NCBI GenBank assembly: GCA_903821715.1
Contig: CAIJMB010000004.1
Coordinates: 1 to 33,263 of the forward strand
DNA from: an uncultured Flavobacteriales bacterium
GTDB lineage: Bacteria; Bacteroidota; Bacteroidia; Flavobacteriales; Schleiferiaceae
Direction: 5' to 3'
DNA length: 33,263 bases
The notes under the pieces are model-generated. The model ran no database searches. It saw nothing but the letters and a program-made list of their open reading frames with translations, and had not been told where the DNA came from. How positions within the stretch are numbered: the stretch's first letter is position 1; every line of letters begins with the position of its first letter. This document shows positions 1-8,794 of the stretch, one piece after another. The position numbers and the translations under genes are program-made.

Positions 1-600
1 AGTCTGAACCACGTAGTGACGAATCAAATGGAAGGCCACCGGGCCGTCGTAGTTATTTGAGTATGATACAGTGGGCTGAAGCAACTGCGGAACGGCAACA
101 CCCATTTGAAAGTTTTCAACCTTGAGGTTGATACCCGCATTGAGGTCGAGTGAACCGTTCGTGTTGGACGGAAACAGAAAAGGATCACCCTCGTTTTTCA
201 CGCGAATGCTCGCCATGTCGAACGTATTGTTCACATAACCTGCCCCCAAACCAAAGCTCAAAATTGCATTTTCAGACAGTTGAGCGTGGTACGCATAGTG
301 ACCATAGATACCTGAACGACGCACAATATCGGTGGCATCAGTAAAGGCGTACACTGAGTAGCCAACGCGCTCTTTGTTCGTTGCTCCATTAAACAGCAAC
401 GCTGAAGTTTCGGGCGCACCCTCCATGCCCTGCCACTGCTGGCGGTGCATCGTAACGAGCTCGCTGAAACCTGCGGCTCCGCTTTTGGCGGGGTTCACCA
501 TTGCTTGAGCGAAAAATAAATGGCTGTACAGCGGGAGCTGCTGGGCCGCGATCGTGCCCGAACAACCGAGTACTGCAGAAAAGAGAATAATCTTCTTCAT
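1..600 (-). CDS. PorP/SprF family type IX secretion system membrane protein (3' end runs off the window)
   Basis: Not in the ORF track; translated by hand from the ATG at 600: MKKIILFSAVLGCSGTIAAQQLPLYSHLFFAQAMVNPAKSG...HRQQWQGMEGAPETS. It has a signal peptide plus the QQxP-YS, NPA and R-QW-G--GAP-T hallmarks of PorP/SprF, stays open to the window edge, and lies directly downstream of a type-B CTD protein. Confidence 0.88.
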   Translation of the reverse strand, partial: MKKIILFSAVLGCSGTIAAQQLPLYSHLFFAQAMVNPAKSGAAGFSELVTMHRQQWQGMEGAPETSALLFNGATNKERVGYSVYAFTDATDIVRRSGIYGHYAYHAQLSENAILSFGLGAGYVNNTFDMASIRVKNEGDPFLFPSNTNGSLDLNAGINLKVENFQMGVAVPQLLQPTVSYSNNYDGPVAFHLIRHYVVQT

Positions 601-619
601 AAAAATGGAGCGTAAAAGG

Positions 620-2683
620 TTAAGGACGAACTACGGTAATGGCTCCGCGGAAGCGGATAATGTCGTCGCACACAAGCAAGTAGTAGTAGGTTCCGTCGGG
701 AAGTGGATCTCCGCCTTGGGTCGAACCATCCCAGCCTGAAGTATAGCGCTTTTGTTCAAAGACTTGGGCACCCCAACGGTCAAGTACTAAGAGGTCACAA
801 CTGTCAGCGCGAACGAGCTCACTGAGGTCAAATACATCATTGTATCCATCACCATTGGGCGTAATCACGTTCATCACATTACTGAGGTCCGGAACGAGTG
901 TGGCAGGGTCAAACGTGTAGACGAACATTGTATCAGTGTCGAAGCAACCGTATGAATTGAGCACTTCAACCACGTACATCGTTGTGTCTTGGGTCGGAAC
1001 CGTCTGAGCATTGGGGTTGTACGTATCGCTGAAGTAGGTTGGAACGTCGGCGTACCAGTAGTACAAAAATCCGCCAGTCGCATTGAGCTGTACGGTCGAA
1101 CCTGGAAGAACCGTTTGGTCGGGACCCGCGTTGGCGTTTACCGTAAAATAGAAGACTTCAAGCGTGTCGTAGTTTATACAACCGTTTGAATTGGTTCCGG
1201 CCACAACATACACTCCAGGTGTTTTGGCGTAAAATGATGCGCCGCTGTAGCTTCCACCTGGGAAGGTCCACAAATAGCTCGTGCTACTGCCTGTAACACC
1301 TACGAGCACCGAATCTCCAGCACATAGCGCTAAGGAATCTGCGGGTGCTACTGCAATCGTGGGTAGCTTCACCACGGTAACAAGTAGTTCACTCGTCGTG
1401 TGGGTACAGTAATCGTTGTCGATAATGAGACGGTACTCTGCACTTCCTGATACAATCGCAGTTGACACGGTGAGCTTGTCGGATGTCTCATTCGGGATTG
1501 ATGTCCAGTTGCCACTACCCGCAGGGAATCGAACTTGCCACTGGAATTCCCATGAACTTTGGGATACGATGGCTGCGAGTTGGGTCGAGTCATTTTCGCA
1601 AATAGTGAGCGCCGCAGTAGTCTGACCCGGCCACGCTACGGCCTGTATCTCTGTGTCGGGAATGGAGTCAACAAACAGCCAAAATGCATCACTCGTGTCA
1701 GGACAACCCCCAGGAAGCCATACAGTCTCTAGGTAGTATACCCCACCTTCATTGGTACTCAAGCTTACTTGTTTGGCATTTTTAACGGGCACCACAAATG
1801 TTTGCCCAAAGAGTCCAATCGAATCACGGAGCCACTGGTACAGTACCGAAGTTCCTGCAGAAGATGAATTAGGACCCTGAAGTTGAATGAACTCGGTATC
1901 GCAAAAACCAACAGAGTCGATGAGCGAATTCTTGTCCAAAACCTCTATCGTCTGCATTGTTCCCGGCTTGTGAATGACCGTGGTGCTGGGCTGAAAAAGA
2001 TTGACAATGGTGTCTTCGGTGGTTTTGGTGCACACACCATTACTTACCTCTACCGTGTAGGTACCCGAATTGAACACAAGTAGCGAATCGCTCGTTTGAC
2101 CCGGCATCAACGTACCGTCTTTAAACCACTGATAACCATTCTGGCCGCTGTTGGCAAAAAGGGTTACGGTATCATTGGCACAAAATCCCCAATCCTGAAC
2201 ACCCGTATGGAGATTATTAAACCCTCCTGAAATAGAAGTAATTACTGCAGGAGGACTTACGTTCACAATCATTTGAATGGTATCACTCCACAACGACGGA
2301 TTCGAACTTTTTACCGTGATCGAATAGAAACCACTTGCGGTAATAGACTCTGGAATGACCACCCAGATGTACTTGGATCCGACGGAATTTGTATCGGTTC
2401 CCACGGGTAAGGGCAAATAAGATTGAAATTCAGTGATCGGAAGTGTGTCAGAGTTGGCCACGGTGAATGAACTAGGCATTCCAGGGGCAATCCATACACG
2501 CAACCTATTGGTTGCGGCGAGGGCGTTTCCGGTAATTCCTAAATCAAGCCGAAGTGTATCACCGGTGCATTTCGAAAGGTTAGGAGTTTGAACAAGCGAC
2601 AGTGATTGACCAAACAAGGATGGAGTTGATAAGACTCCTGCAATGAACGCGGTGAGAATACGGATGCGGAGATTCATGAGCAT
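620..2683 (-). CDS. T9SS cargo with Ig-like repeats and gliding motility-associated (type B) C-terminal domain
   Basis: Signal peptide (..LSTPSLFG/Q), repeated beta-rich modules (YQW..., AGPDQTV), C-terminal NVITPNGDGYNDVF...DRWG...WDG...LPDGTYYY. The start could be 2677. Confidence 0.88.
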   Translation of the reverse strand: MLMNLRIRILTAFIAGVLSTPSLFGQSLSLVQTPNLSKCTGDTLRLDLGITGNALAATNRLRVWIAPGMPSSFTVANSDTLPITEFQSYLPLPVGTDTNSVGSKYIWVVIPESITASGFYSITVKSSNPSLWSDTIQMIVNVSPPAVITSISGGFNNLHTGVQDWGFCANDTVTLFANSGQNGYQWFKDGTLMPGQTSDSLLVFNSGTYTVEVSNGVCTKTTEDTIVNLFQPSTTVIHKPGTMQTIEVLDKNSLIDSVGFCDTEFIQLQGPNSSSAGTSVLYQWLRDSIGLFGQTFVVPVKNAKQVSLSTNEGGVYYLETVWLPGGCPDTSDAFWLFVDSIPDTEIQAVAWPGQTTAALTICENDSTQLAAIVSQSSWEFQWQVRFPAGSGNWTSIPNETSDKLTVSTAIVSGSAEYRLIIDNDYCTHTTSELLVTVVKLPTIAVAPADSLALCAGDSVLVGVTGSSTSYLWTFPGGSYSGASFYAKTPGVYVVAGTNSNGCINYDTLEVFYFTVNANAGPDQTVLPGSTVQLNATGGFLYYWYADVPTYFSDTYNPNAQTVPTQDTTMYVVEVLNSYGCFDTDTMFVYTFDPATLVPDLSNVMNVITPNGDGYNDVFDLSELVRADSCDLLVLDRWGAQVFEQKRYTSGWDGSTQGGDPLPDGTYYYLLVCDDIIRFRGAITVVRP

Positions 2684-2702
2684 GTACGTGACAGATATCT
2701 AA

Positions 2703-2710
2703 CAAAGATA
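2703..2710 (-). promoter_or_regulatory. Bacteroidota sigmaA -7 box (TATCTTTG) for the T9SS cargo/porP operon
   Basis: Matches TAnnTTTG, 19 nt upstream of the ATG at 2683. Confidence 0.65.
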
Positions 2711-2799
2711 TAACCTTCCCTATTCTGTTCACGTTCGCAGGCTGATGGAGTAGTTCGGAATGTTCCCGCGATGGACTTGGGCGAACGAACGCGAGCAGG

Positions 2800-2807
2800 T
2801 ACCTTCG
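2800..2807 (+). promoter_or_regulatory. -7 box variant (TACCTTCG) for dgkA-msrC
   Basis: One mismatch to TAnnTTTG; ends 4 nt before the ATG at 2812. Confidence 0.55.
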
Positions 2808-2811
2808 TTGA

Positions 2812-3168
2812 ATGGTACGAGCGTTCTACGTGGCATTTCGCGGGCTCCTTATTGCTTGGCGTTCTGAATTGCACTTCAAAGTACACAGCGCCGCGGCGAT
2901 CACAGTCATTGCTATGGGATTAGCGCTCAATGTTTCAACTATCGAATGGGCAATCCTTGTATTGACTATCGGCTTTGTGTTTGCCGCAGAGTATGCGAAC
3001 TCTGCATTGGAACGACTGGGCGACCGCGTTAGCACGGAGTATGACCCACTCATTCGGGATGCAAAGGATTTTGCCGCCGCATCGGTCCTCATCGCAGCAA
3101 TTGCAGCCGCGGTGGTGGGTCTATTGATCCTTGGACCGAAGTTGTGGTCTTATTTCGTTGCGTTATGA
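2812..3168 (+). CDS. dgkA: Diacylglycerol kinase family protein (DgkA/undecaprenol kinase type)
   Basis: 118 aa, three TM helices, AF..A.RG...AW..E.HF, E..NSALE...D and KD.AA.SV motifs. Confidence 0.88.
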   Translation: MVRAFYVAFRGLLIAWRSELHFKVHSAAAITVIAMGLALNVSTIEWAILVLTIGFVFAAEYANSALERLGDRVSTEYDPLIRDAKDFAAASVLIAAIAAAVVGLLILGPKLWSYFVAL

Positions 3169-3629
3169 ATTGGAACAGTATCAGTGAAGAAGTGCTTCAC
3201 GTCCTTTATTCTGAGGGATGGAGCGGGATTGGCTCCGCCTGCAACGTACTTAAAGAGCGCGTCAATCACTACCAATGGGTTGGCATTTACTGGATGAACG
3301 AGGCCGAACAGATGCTCTATTTGGGACCGTTTTCAGGAGCAGAAACGGAGCATACTCGGATCCCGTATGGTCGCGGAATCTGCGGACAAGTTGCAGTGAG
3401 CGGGGAGTCTTTTGAGGTTCCCGATGTGTGGGCCCAAGACAATTACTTAGCATGCTCGATGGAAACTAAGTCAGAATTGGTGGTTCCTATCTTTCATGGC
3501 ACGCGTCTCATTGGCCAGATTGATATCGACAGTCACTTTTTGAACCCATTTGGCTCAGAGGACCATCGACTACTCGAGAGCATAGCCCATGCAATCGGGA
3601 CTATGCCCGAAGCGGCAACTATTGGTTGA
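3165..3629 (+). CDS. msrC: GAF domain protein, free methionine-(R)-sulfoxide reductase family
   Basis: WVGIY, LGPFSG, RIPYGRGICG, VPDV, YLACS.ETKSELVVP and IDIDS motifs. The ATG at 3165 overlaps the dgkA stop (ATGA). Confidence 0.8.
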   Translation: MNWNSISEEVLHVLYSEGWSGIGSACNVLKERVNHYQWVGIYWMNEAEQMLYLGPFSGAETEHTRIPYGRGICGQVAVSGESFEVPDVWAQDNYLACSMETKSELVVPIFHGTRLIGQIDIDSHFLNPFGSEDHRLLESIAHAIGTMPEAATIG

Positions 3630-4869
3630 ACCGAATTGCCTCGACTGGGTCGAGGCGCGCGGCCATTTCTGCGGGGGCGTATCCCGCGATGAGGCCAATC
3701 AAGGCAGACAAGCCAATTCCCGTGACTATGTTTTGAAACGACACCGCGAGTTCAAAATCCGAAACCGCCGCACCGACCGCAATCAAGATACCAGCAAAGG
3801 TCAAACCAATAATTCCGCCTACGAGGCTCAAAAGCACACTTTCAAGCAAGAACTGGGCGAGGATGAAGCCGCGGGTCGCACCCAAAGCCTTTTGAACACC
3901 AATTTGACCTGTGCGCTCGCGAACACTTACAAACATGATGTTGGCGATTCCAAAGCCCCCGACGAGGATGCTGAATCCGCCGATGACCGTCCCCGCAAGA
4001 CCAATTACACCGAACATTTGATCAAGTCCCGAACTCAAGGTGGAGGACTCATTGAGTGCAAAAGAGTCATCTTCTGAAGGGGGTTGACGACGAATCTTTC
4101 GCATGACAAGACGCACATTTTCTTTGAGCTCAGCCACAGAGGTTCCGGACGCGGCACGAACCTGAATGGCCGATCCACCCATCTCATCACCCACATTCGC
4201 CACCACCCAACGGGCAGGTACCAGTACTCGGGCATCGTGGGTTTCACCAACCAATGAACTGCCCTCGCGCTCAAGGACTCCAATCACTTGAAAATCGCGA
4301 CCGAGAATCCGAATGCTGGTGCCGACGAGCTGCGCGCTTGAGGCCAAACCCTCAGCGATATCAGCTCCGACAATGCAGTACGGCAGACCACTGCGCAATT
4401 CGCGTTCGGTAAAGTAGCGCCCACCGACAAAACCAAGTTTATTCAGCTGGGAGTAGTCGTACGTGATTCCCCTGATTTCGGTTTGCTCCACGTTGGAGTT
4501 GCCGGCGCTCACCGTGGTGGTGGTTCCGTTCAAAAGCACAATCGCATCGGAACCCCGAACCCCAAACTCTTCAAGACGTTGGTAGTCGAAGTAGCCAACT
4601 TCAGGGCGCTGGAAGTACTTCCACCATTCGTACTCGCCTCCACCCCCGCCCCAGGGCCACTTTTGGACGTACACTACGTCAGAACCGAGGCCCTGTACGC
4701 TCGAGCGAATACTGCGCTCAAGGCTATCCACCACCGCATACACTGAGATAATGGAGAAAATTCCGACCGCAATTCCGAGGAGTGAAAGGACGGTACGAAG
4801 GATGTTCGCAGTCATGGCTGACCACGCCAAACGGGTAGATTCCCAAATTAGAAAAAATAGGTGGCGCAC
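3619..4869 (-). CDS. ABC transporter permease, MacB/FtsX family
   Basis: LRTVLSLLGIAVGI first TM, large periplasmic domain, GGFGIANIMFVSVRERTGQIGVQKALGA, C-terminal PA..AARLDPVEAIR. Confidence 0.9.
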   Translation of the reverse strand: MRHLFFLIWESTRLAWSAMTANILRTVLSLLGIAVGIFSIISVYAVVDSLERSIRSSVQGLGSDVVYVQKWPWGGGGGEYEWWKYFQRPEVGYFDYQRLEEFGVRGSDAIVLLNGTTTTVSAGNSNVEQTEIRGITYDYSQLNKLGFVGGRYFTERELRSGLPYCIVGADIAEGLASSAQLVGTSIRILGRDFQVIGVLEREGSSLVGETHDARVLVPARWVVANVGDEMGGSAIQVRAASGTSVAELKENVRLVMRKIRRQPPSEDDSFALNESSTLSSGLDQMFGVIGLAGTVIGGFSILVGGFGIANIMFVSVRERTGQIGVQKALGATRGFILAQFLLESVLLSLVGGIIGLTFAGILIAVGAAVSDFELAVSFQNIVTGIGLSALIGLIAGYAPAEMAARLDPVEAIRFNQ

Positions 4870-4873
4870 GGGG

Positions 4874-4881
4874 GCAATTTA
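4874..4881 (-). promoter_or_regulatory. -7 box variant (TAAATTGC) for the ABC permease
   Basis: Degenerate TAnnTT core ending 4 nt before the GTG at 4869. Confidence 0.45.
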
Positions 4882-4906
4882 GTCAAAGTTCATGCCATGT
4901 TCGCCG

Positions 4907-4914
4907 TACTTTTG
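4907..4914 (+). promoter_or_regulatory. -7 box (TACTTTTG) for the purH-mre operon
   Basis: Perfect TAnnTTTG in the divergent intergenic region. Confidence 0.65.
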
Positions 4915-4945
4915 CAACCTTTCTTGACCCAATTTTCAGTTCGAC

Positions 4946-6457
4946 GTGCAGCAGGTTCAATCCGCCCTTATTTCAGTTTTTCACAAAGACGGCCTCGAGC
5001 CAATTGTACAGCACCTTCATAAGCTTGGGGTGAAAATGTACAGTACGGGCGGAACCCAATCATTCATCGAGAGTTTAGGCGTTCCGGTAACGGCCGTGGA
5101 GACAGTTACGGGATTTCCAAGTATCCTTGATGGTCGCGTTAAAACGCTGCACCCTATGGTCTTTGGCGGAATCCTTTGGCGCCGGGACCGCAAAGACGAC
5201 CAGGACACCGTAGAGCGCTTTGGGATTCCCAGTTTTGATATGGTGATCGTCGACCTCTACCCTTTTGAGGACACCGTAGCCTCAGGGGCATCTGAAGAAG
5301 ACATCATCGAGAAGATTGACATCGGCGGGATTTCGCTGATCCGTGCCGCAGCGAAAAATTTCGACCACTGCTGGATTGTGAGTTCGCGCGCTCAGTACGC
5401 CGAAGTGCTCGAACTCCTTCAGTCCCAAGGCGGAACCTTGACCCGCGAGCAGCGCAAAGCATTTGCCGGCGCTGCCTTTCAGACCAGCCAGAACTACGAT
5501 GCCCACATTGCTTCGTGGACCCTTGGCCAAGACCACCCCTTCCCGACGTTGATGGGTAGCCGCCGCAGCCTTCGCTACGGTGAGAATCCGCACCAAAAGG
5601 CGTGGTACGTCGGCGACCTCACGAGCCGCCTTGAGCAAATTCACGGCAAAGAGCTCAGCTACAACAACCTACTTGACGTCGAAGCGGCTCTTGATTTTGT
5701 CAGCGAAGGCCACGATGCTACGGTCGCCATCATCAAGCACAACAACGCGTGCGGGATGGCAAGCCGCCCAACCGTCCTCGAAGCGTGGAACGACGCACTA
5801 TCCGCTGATCCCGTTTCTGCCTTCGGCGGTGTGATCGCATGCAACCAACCTGTGGACCTCGCGACTGCAGAGGCAATGAACTCGCTCTTTTTTGAAGTGC
5901 TACTGGCCCCGAGCTATAGCGATGAAGCCCTCGAAGTACTTCAGTCGAAAAAGAACCGCATCTTGGTGAAGGTGAAGCCCGAAGCGAGCACACACTTCCG
6001 CGTACGCTGGGTACTCAATGGCGTGCTCATTCAGGAACGCGACCACCATACTGACGCAGCTGAAGACTTGAGCGTCGTAACGAATGTGGTTCCGACCCCC
6101 GAACAAGTGGCCGACATGCTCTACGCTTCGGCAATTGGCAAGCACACCAAGAGCAATACCATTGTACTAGTTAAAAACCGTCAGCTCTTGGCCGCGGGTA
6201 CAGGCCAAACATCGCGTGTAGATGCCCTTCAACAGGCTATTCACAAGGCACAGTCCTTTGGACTTTCACTTGACGGAGCCGTAATGGCGTCTGATGCATT
6301 TTTTCCCTTCCCTGATTGCGTCGAAATTGCGTACTTAGCAGGTATTACCGCGGTCATCCAACCGGGCGGAAGCGTCAAGGATGATTTGAGCGTTCAGTAC
6401 TGCAACGAGCACGGCGTGGCCATGGTAATGACCGGTTTCCGACACTTCAAACACTAA
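4946..6457 (+). CDS. purH: Bifunctional AICAR formyltransferase/IMP cyclohydrolase
   Basis: ALISV..K.G, STGGT, GRVKTLHP, IDIGG..LIRAAAKN, LRYGENPHQ, KHNNACG, ASDAFFPF, IQPGGS, RHFKH. Confidence 0.97.
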   Translation: MQQVQSALISVFHKDGLEPIVQHLHKLGVKMYSTGGTQSFIESLGVPVTAVETVTGFPSILDGRVKTLHPMVFGGILWRRDRKDDQDTVERFGIPSFDMVIVDLYPFEDTVASGASEEDIIEKIDIGGISLIRAAAKNFDHCWIVSSRAQYAEVLELLQSQGGTLTREQRKAFAGAAFQTSQNYDAHIASWTLGQDHPFPTLMGSRRSLRYGENPHQKAWYVGDLTSRLEQIHGKELSYNNLLDVEAALDFVSEGHDATVAIIKHNNACGMASRPTVLEAWNDALSADPVSAFGGVIACNQPVDLATAEAMNSLFFEVLLAPSYSDEALEVLQSKKNRILVKVKPEASTHFRVRWVLNGVLIQERDHHTDAAEDLSVVTNVVPTPEQVADMLYASAIGKHTKSNTIVLVKNRQLLAAGTGQTSRVDALQQAIHKAQSFGLSLDGAVMASDAFFPFPDCVEIAYLAGITAVIQPGGSVKDDLSVQYCNEHGVAMVMTGFRHFKH

Positions 6458-6464
6458 TCCCCGA

Positions 6465-7493
6465 ATGGGTCTATTTGACTTCCTCACCTACGACATCGCC
6501 ATCGACCTCGGTACGGCGAATACGTTGATCATCCACAACGACAAAGTGGTAGTGGACGCACCGTCCATCGTTGCTTTGGACCGGAGTACTAATGCCATTC
6601 TGGCCATTGGTCACGAGGCCATGCAAATGCACGGAAAAACGCACGAGAACATTCGTACCGTTCGACCTTTGAAAGACGGAGTCATTGCGGACTTTGTGGC
6701 TTCAGAGCACATGATTCGCGAAATGATCAAGAGTATTCCGGCGTTGAAGAACAACTGGTTTGCCCCGTCGTTGCGGATGGTCATTTGTATTCCAAGTGGA
6801 ATTACCGAAGTTGAAAAGCGCGCAGTGCGCGATTCCGCAGAACACGCCAACGCCAAAGAAGTCTACCTCATCCACGAGCCCATGGCCGCAGCGATTGGAA
6901 TCGGTGTAGACGTCCTTGAGCCCAAAGGCAATATGATCATCGACATCGGTGGTGGTACCACCGAAATTGCCGTTTTGGCATTAGGCGGAATTGTATGTGA
7001 TAAGTCCATCAAAGTAGCCGGAGATGTGTTTACCAACGACATCGCCTACTACATGCGAACGCAGCACAACCTTTTCGTGGGAGACCGAACGGCGGAACTT
7101 ATCAAAATCAACGTAGGCGCAGCTTTAGAAAACTTGCCTTCGCCGCCAGATGACATGAGCGTACAAGGGCGTGACTTGATTTCTGGCAAGCCGAAGCAAG
7201 TCGATATTTCGTACAAAGAAATCGCTCGTGCATTGGACAAGTCCCTTACGCGCATCGAGGACGCCGTAATGGAAGCCTTGTCCCTTACTCCACCCGAACT
7301 TTCAGCCGACATCTACAACTCGGGGATTTACATGGCTGGAGGCGGCTCACTTCTTCGCGGTTTGGACCAGCGTATTTCGACAAAAACGGATCTACCCGTC
7401 TACGTGGCAGAGGATCCCCTTCGCGCCGTCGTTCGCGGAACCGGCATTGCGCTGAAAAATCTCGAGAAGTACCGTACGCTTTTGATGCGCTAA
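6465..7493 (+). CDS. mreB: Rod shape-determining protein MreB
   Basis: IDLGTANT, RPLKDGVIADF, EPMAAAIG, DIGGGTT, GGGSLLRG. Confidence 0.97.
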   Translation: MGLFDFLTYDIAIDLGTANTLIIHNDKVVVDAPSIVALDRSTNAILAIGHEAMQMHGKTHENIRTVRPLKDGVIADFVASEHMIREMIKSIPALKNNWFAPSLRMVICIPSGITEVEKRAVRDSAEHANAKEVYLIHEPMAAAIGIGVDVLEPKGNMIIDIGGGTTEIAVLALGGIVCDKSIKVAGDVFTNDIAYYMRTQHNLFVGDRTAELIKINVGAALENLPSPPDDMSVQGRDLISGKPKQVDISYKEIARALDKSLTRIEDAVMEALSLTPPELSADIYNSGIYMAGGGSLLRGLDQRISTKTDLPVYVAEDPLRAVVRGTGIALKNLEKYRTLLMR

Positions 7494-7496
7494 GCC

Positions 7497-8288
7497 ATGC
7501 AGAACATTCTGCGGTTTTTTGTTCGCTACCGCATCGTTCTGAGCTTGTTGGTATTCCAAGTTTTGGGACTAAGCTTGACGTACGCCCGTTCATTGGCCCA
7601 TGAAAGTATTTTTTGGGCAAATGTCCTTGAACGCCAAGCTCAATGGCGTGGTTGGTTGCACGGATGGGAGTCGTACCTGGCTCTTGAAGACAAAAACAAG
7701 CAACTCATCGCCGAAATTGCACAAATCAAAAGCAGCATTGCACTGGACTCGTCCACCGCTGCGACCTACCAAGAGGGTGGCTTTGCCTATACTCCAGGGA
7801 GCTTAATTTTTATTGAACACCGATCTGCCGAGCCGTGGGGCATCATTGATATTGGGTCCAATGCGGGATTGACGCCGCCATTCGCCGTATTGGGTTCGAG
7901 CGGAATTATTGGCATTGCGTACGAGTGCACGCCCCATTACGCTCGCGTTCGCCCGCTTAGCCACCCGAGTATGCGAATCTCTGCTTCAGCAGAGCGCACC
8001 GGCCACTTCGGGACCATACAATGGAACGGATCCAACCCGAGAACGGCAGATTTTGTTGACGTTGCCATAGAAGCTGAACTCAAACCCGGCGATCGCATTG
8101 TTACGGATGCACGCTCTAGTGTCTTCCCTGCGGGTTGGCTCGTAGGAACCGTTGAATCGGTCACCGTAGACAGCCTGCAGTTCACGCTTACTGCCACAGT
8201 TCGACTAGCTGCTGACCTACAACGTCAGCAAGTAGTGCTTGCCGCGGTTAATTTGCACTTACCCGAACGAGATAGTATTGAACCATGA
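7497..8288 (+). CDS. mreC: Rod shape-determining protein MreC
   Basis: N-terminal TM, coiled coil (EDKNKQLIAEIAQIK), IDIGS..G, GIIG, GD.IVT..SSVFP.G..VG.V; follows mreB. Confidence 0.9.
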   Translation: MQNILRFFVRYRIVLSLLVFQVLGLSLTYARSLAHESIFWANVLERQAQWRGWLHGWESYLALEDKNKQLIAEIAQIKSSIALDSSTAATYQEGGFAYTPGSLIFIEHRSAEPWGIIDIGSNAGLTPPFAVLGSSGIIGIAYECTPHYARVRPLSHPSMRISASAERTGHFGTIQWNGSNPRTADFVDVAIEAELKPGDRIVTDARSSVFPAGWLVGTVESVTVDSLQFTLTATVRLAADLQRQQVVLAAVNLHLPERDSIEP

Positions 8289-8794
8289 CCCGACCCGGAC
8301 CTTGGATCGTTTTTTCATTTTGGGTACTCCTCGCCCAAATATTTTTATTGAGTCAAATAGAAGTAGGCGGTTATTTAAGTCCCTATTTGTATCCACTCAT
8401 ACTGGTTCTGGCACCAGCTAACTTCAATCGACTCGGCCTAGTGGCCATCAGCGCTGTGATTGGCTTGGGCATTGACCTACATGAAGGCAGCGGTGGGCTG
8501 CACCTTATGGCTAGTTCCCTTCTCGCATATGTTCGCCCTTGGATTCTTAACGGGATTGTACCCCGTGCGGCCGAAGAACAGCTTTCCTTTGCTCCCCAAG
8601 ATCTTGGGCTTGGCAAATGGACGACGTTGGTGCTCCTCACAATGGGAATTCACCACTTGTGGCTTTTTGTGTGGGCTAGCCACGGAACCCATATTTTAAG
8701 TCTCGTACTTGGACGAAGCATTCTCAACCTGTTGGTAAGTGCGGCATTGTCCACTGCGGTGGCTTGGTTTATTCCTAAATCCCAAGTGGGATGA
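8285..8794 (+). CDS. mreD: Rod shape-determining protein MreD
   Basis: Hydrophobic 169 aa with GYLSPYLY and GL.ID...GG.H motifs; lies between mreC and mrdA with ATGA overlaps. Confidence 0.8.
   Translation: MTRPGPWIVFSFWVLLAQIFLLSQIEVGGYLSPYLYPLILVLAPANFNRLGLVAISAVIGLGIDLHEGSGGLHLMASSLLAYVRPWILNGIVPRAAEEQLSFAPQDLGLGKWTTLVLLTMGIHHLWLFVWASHGTHILSLVLGRSILNLLVSAALSTAVAWFIPKSQVG

Noticed and set aside
4870..4945. ZTP or purine riboswitch upstream of purH
   Set aside because: The predicted leader is only about 27 nt after the -7 box, too short and without aptamer features.
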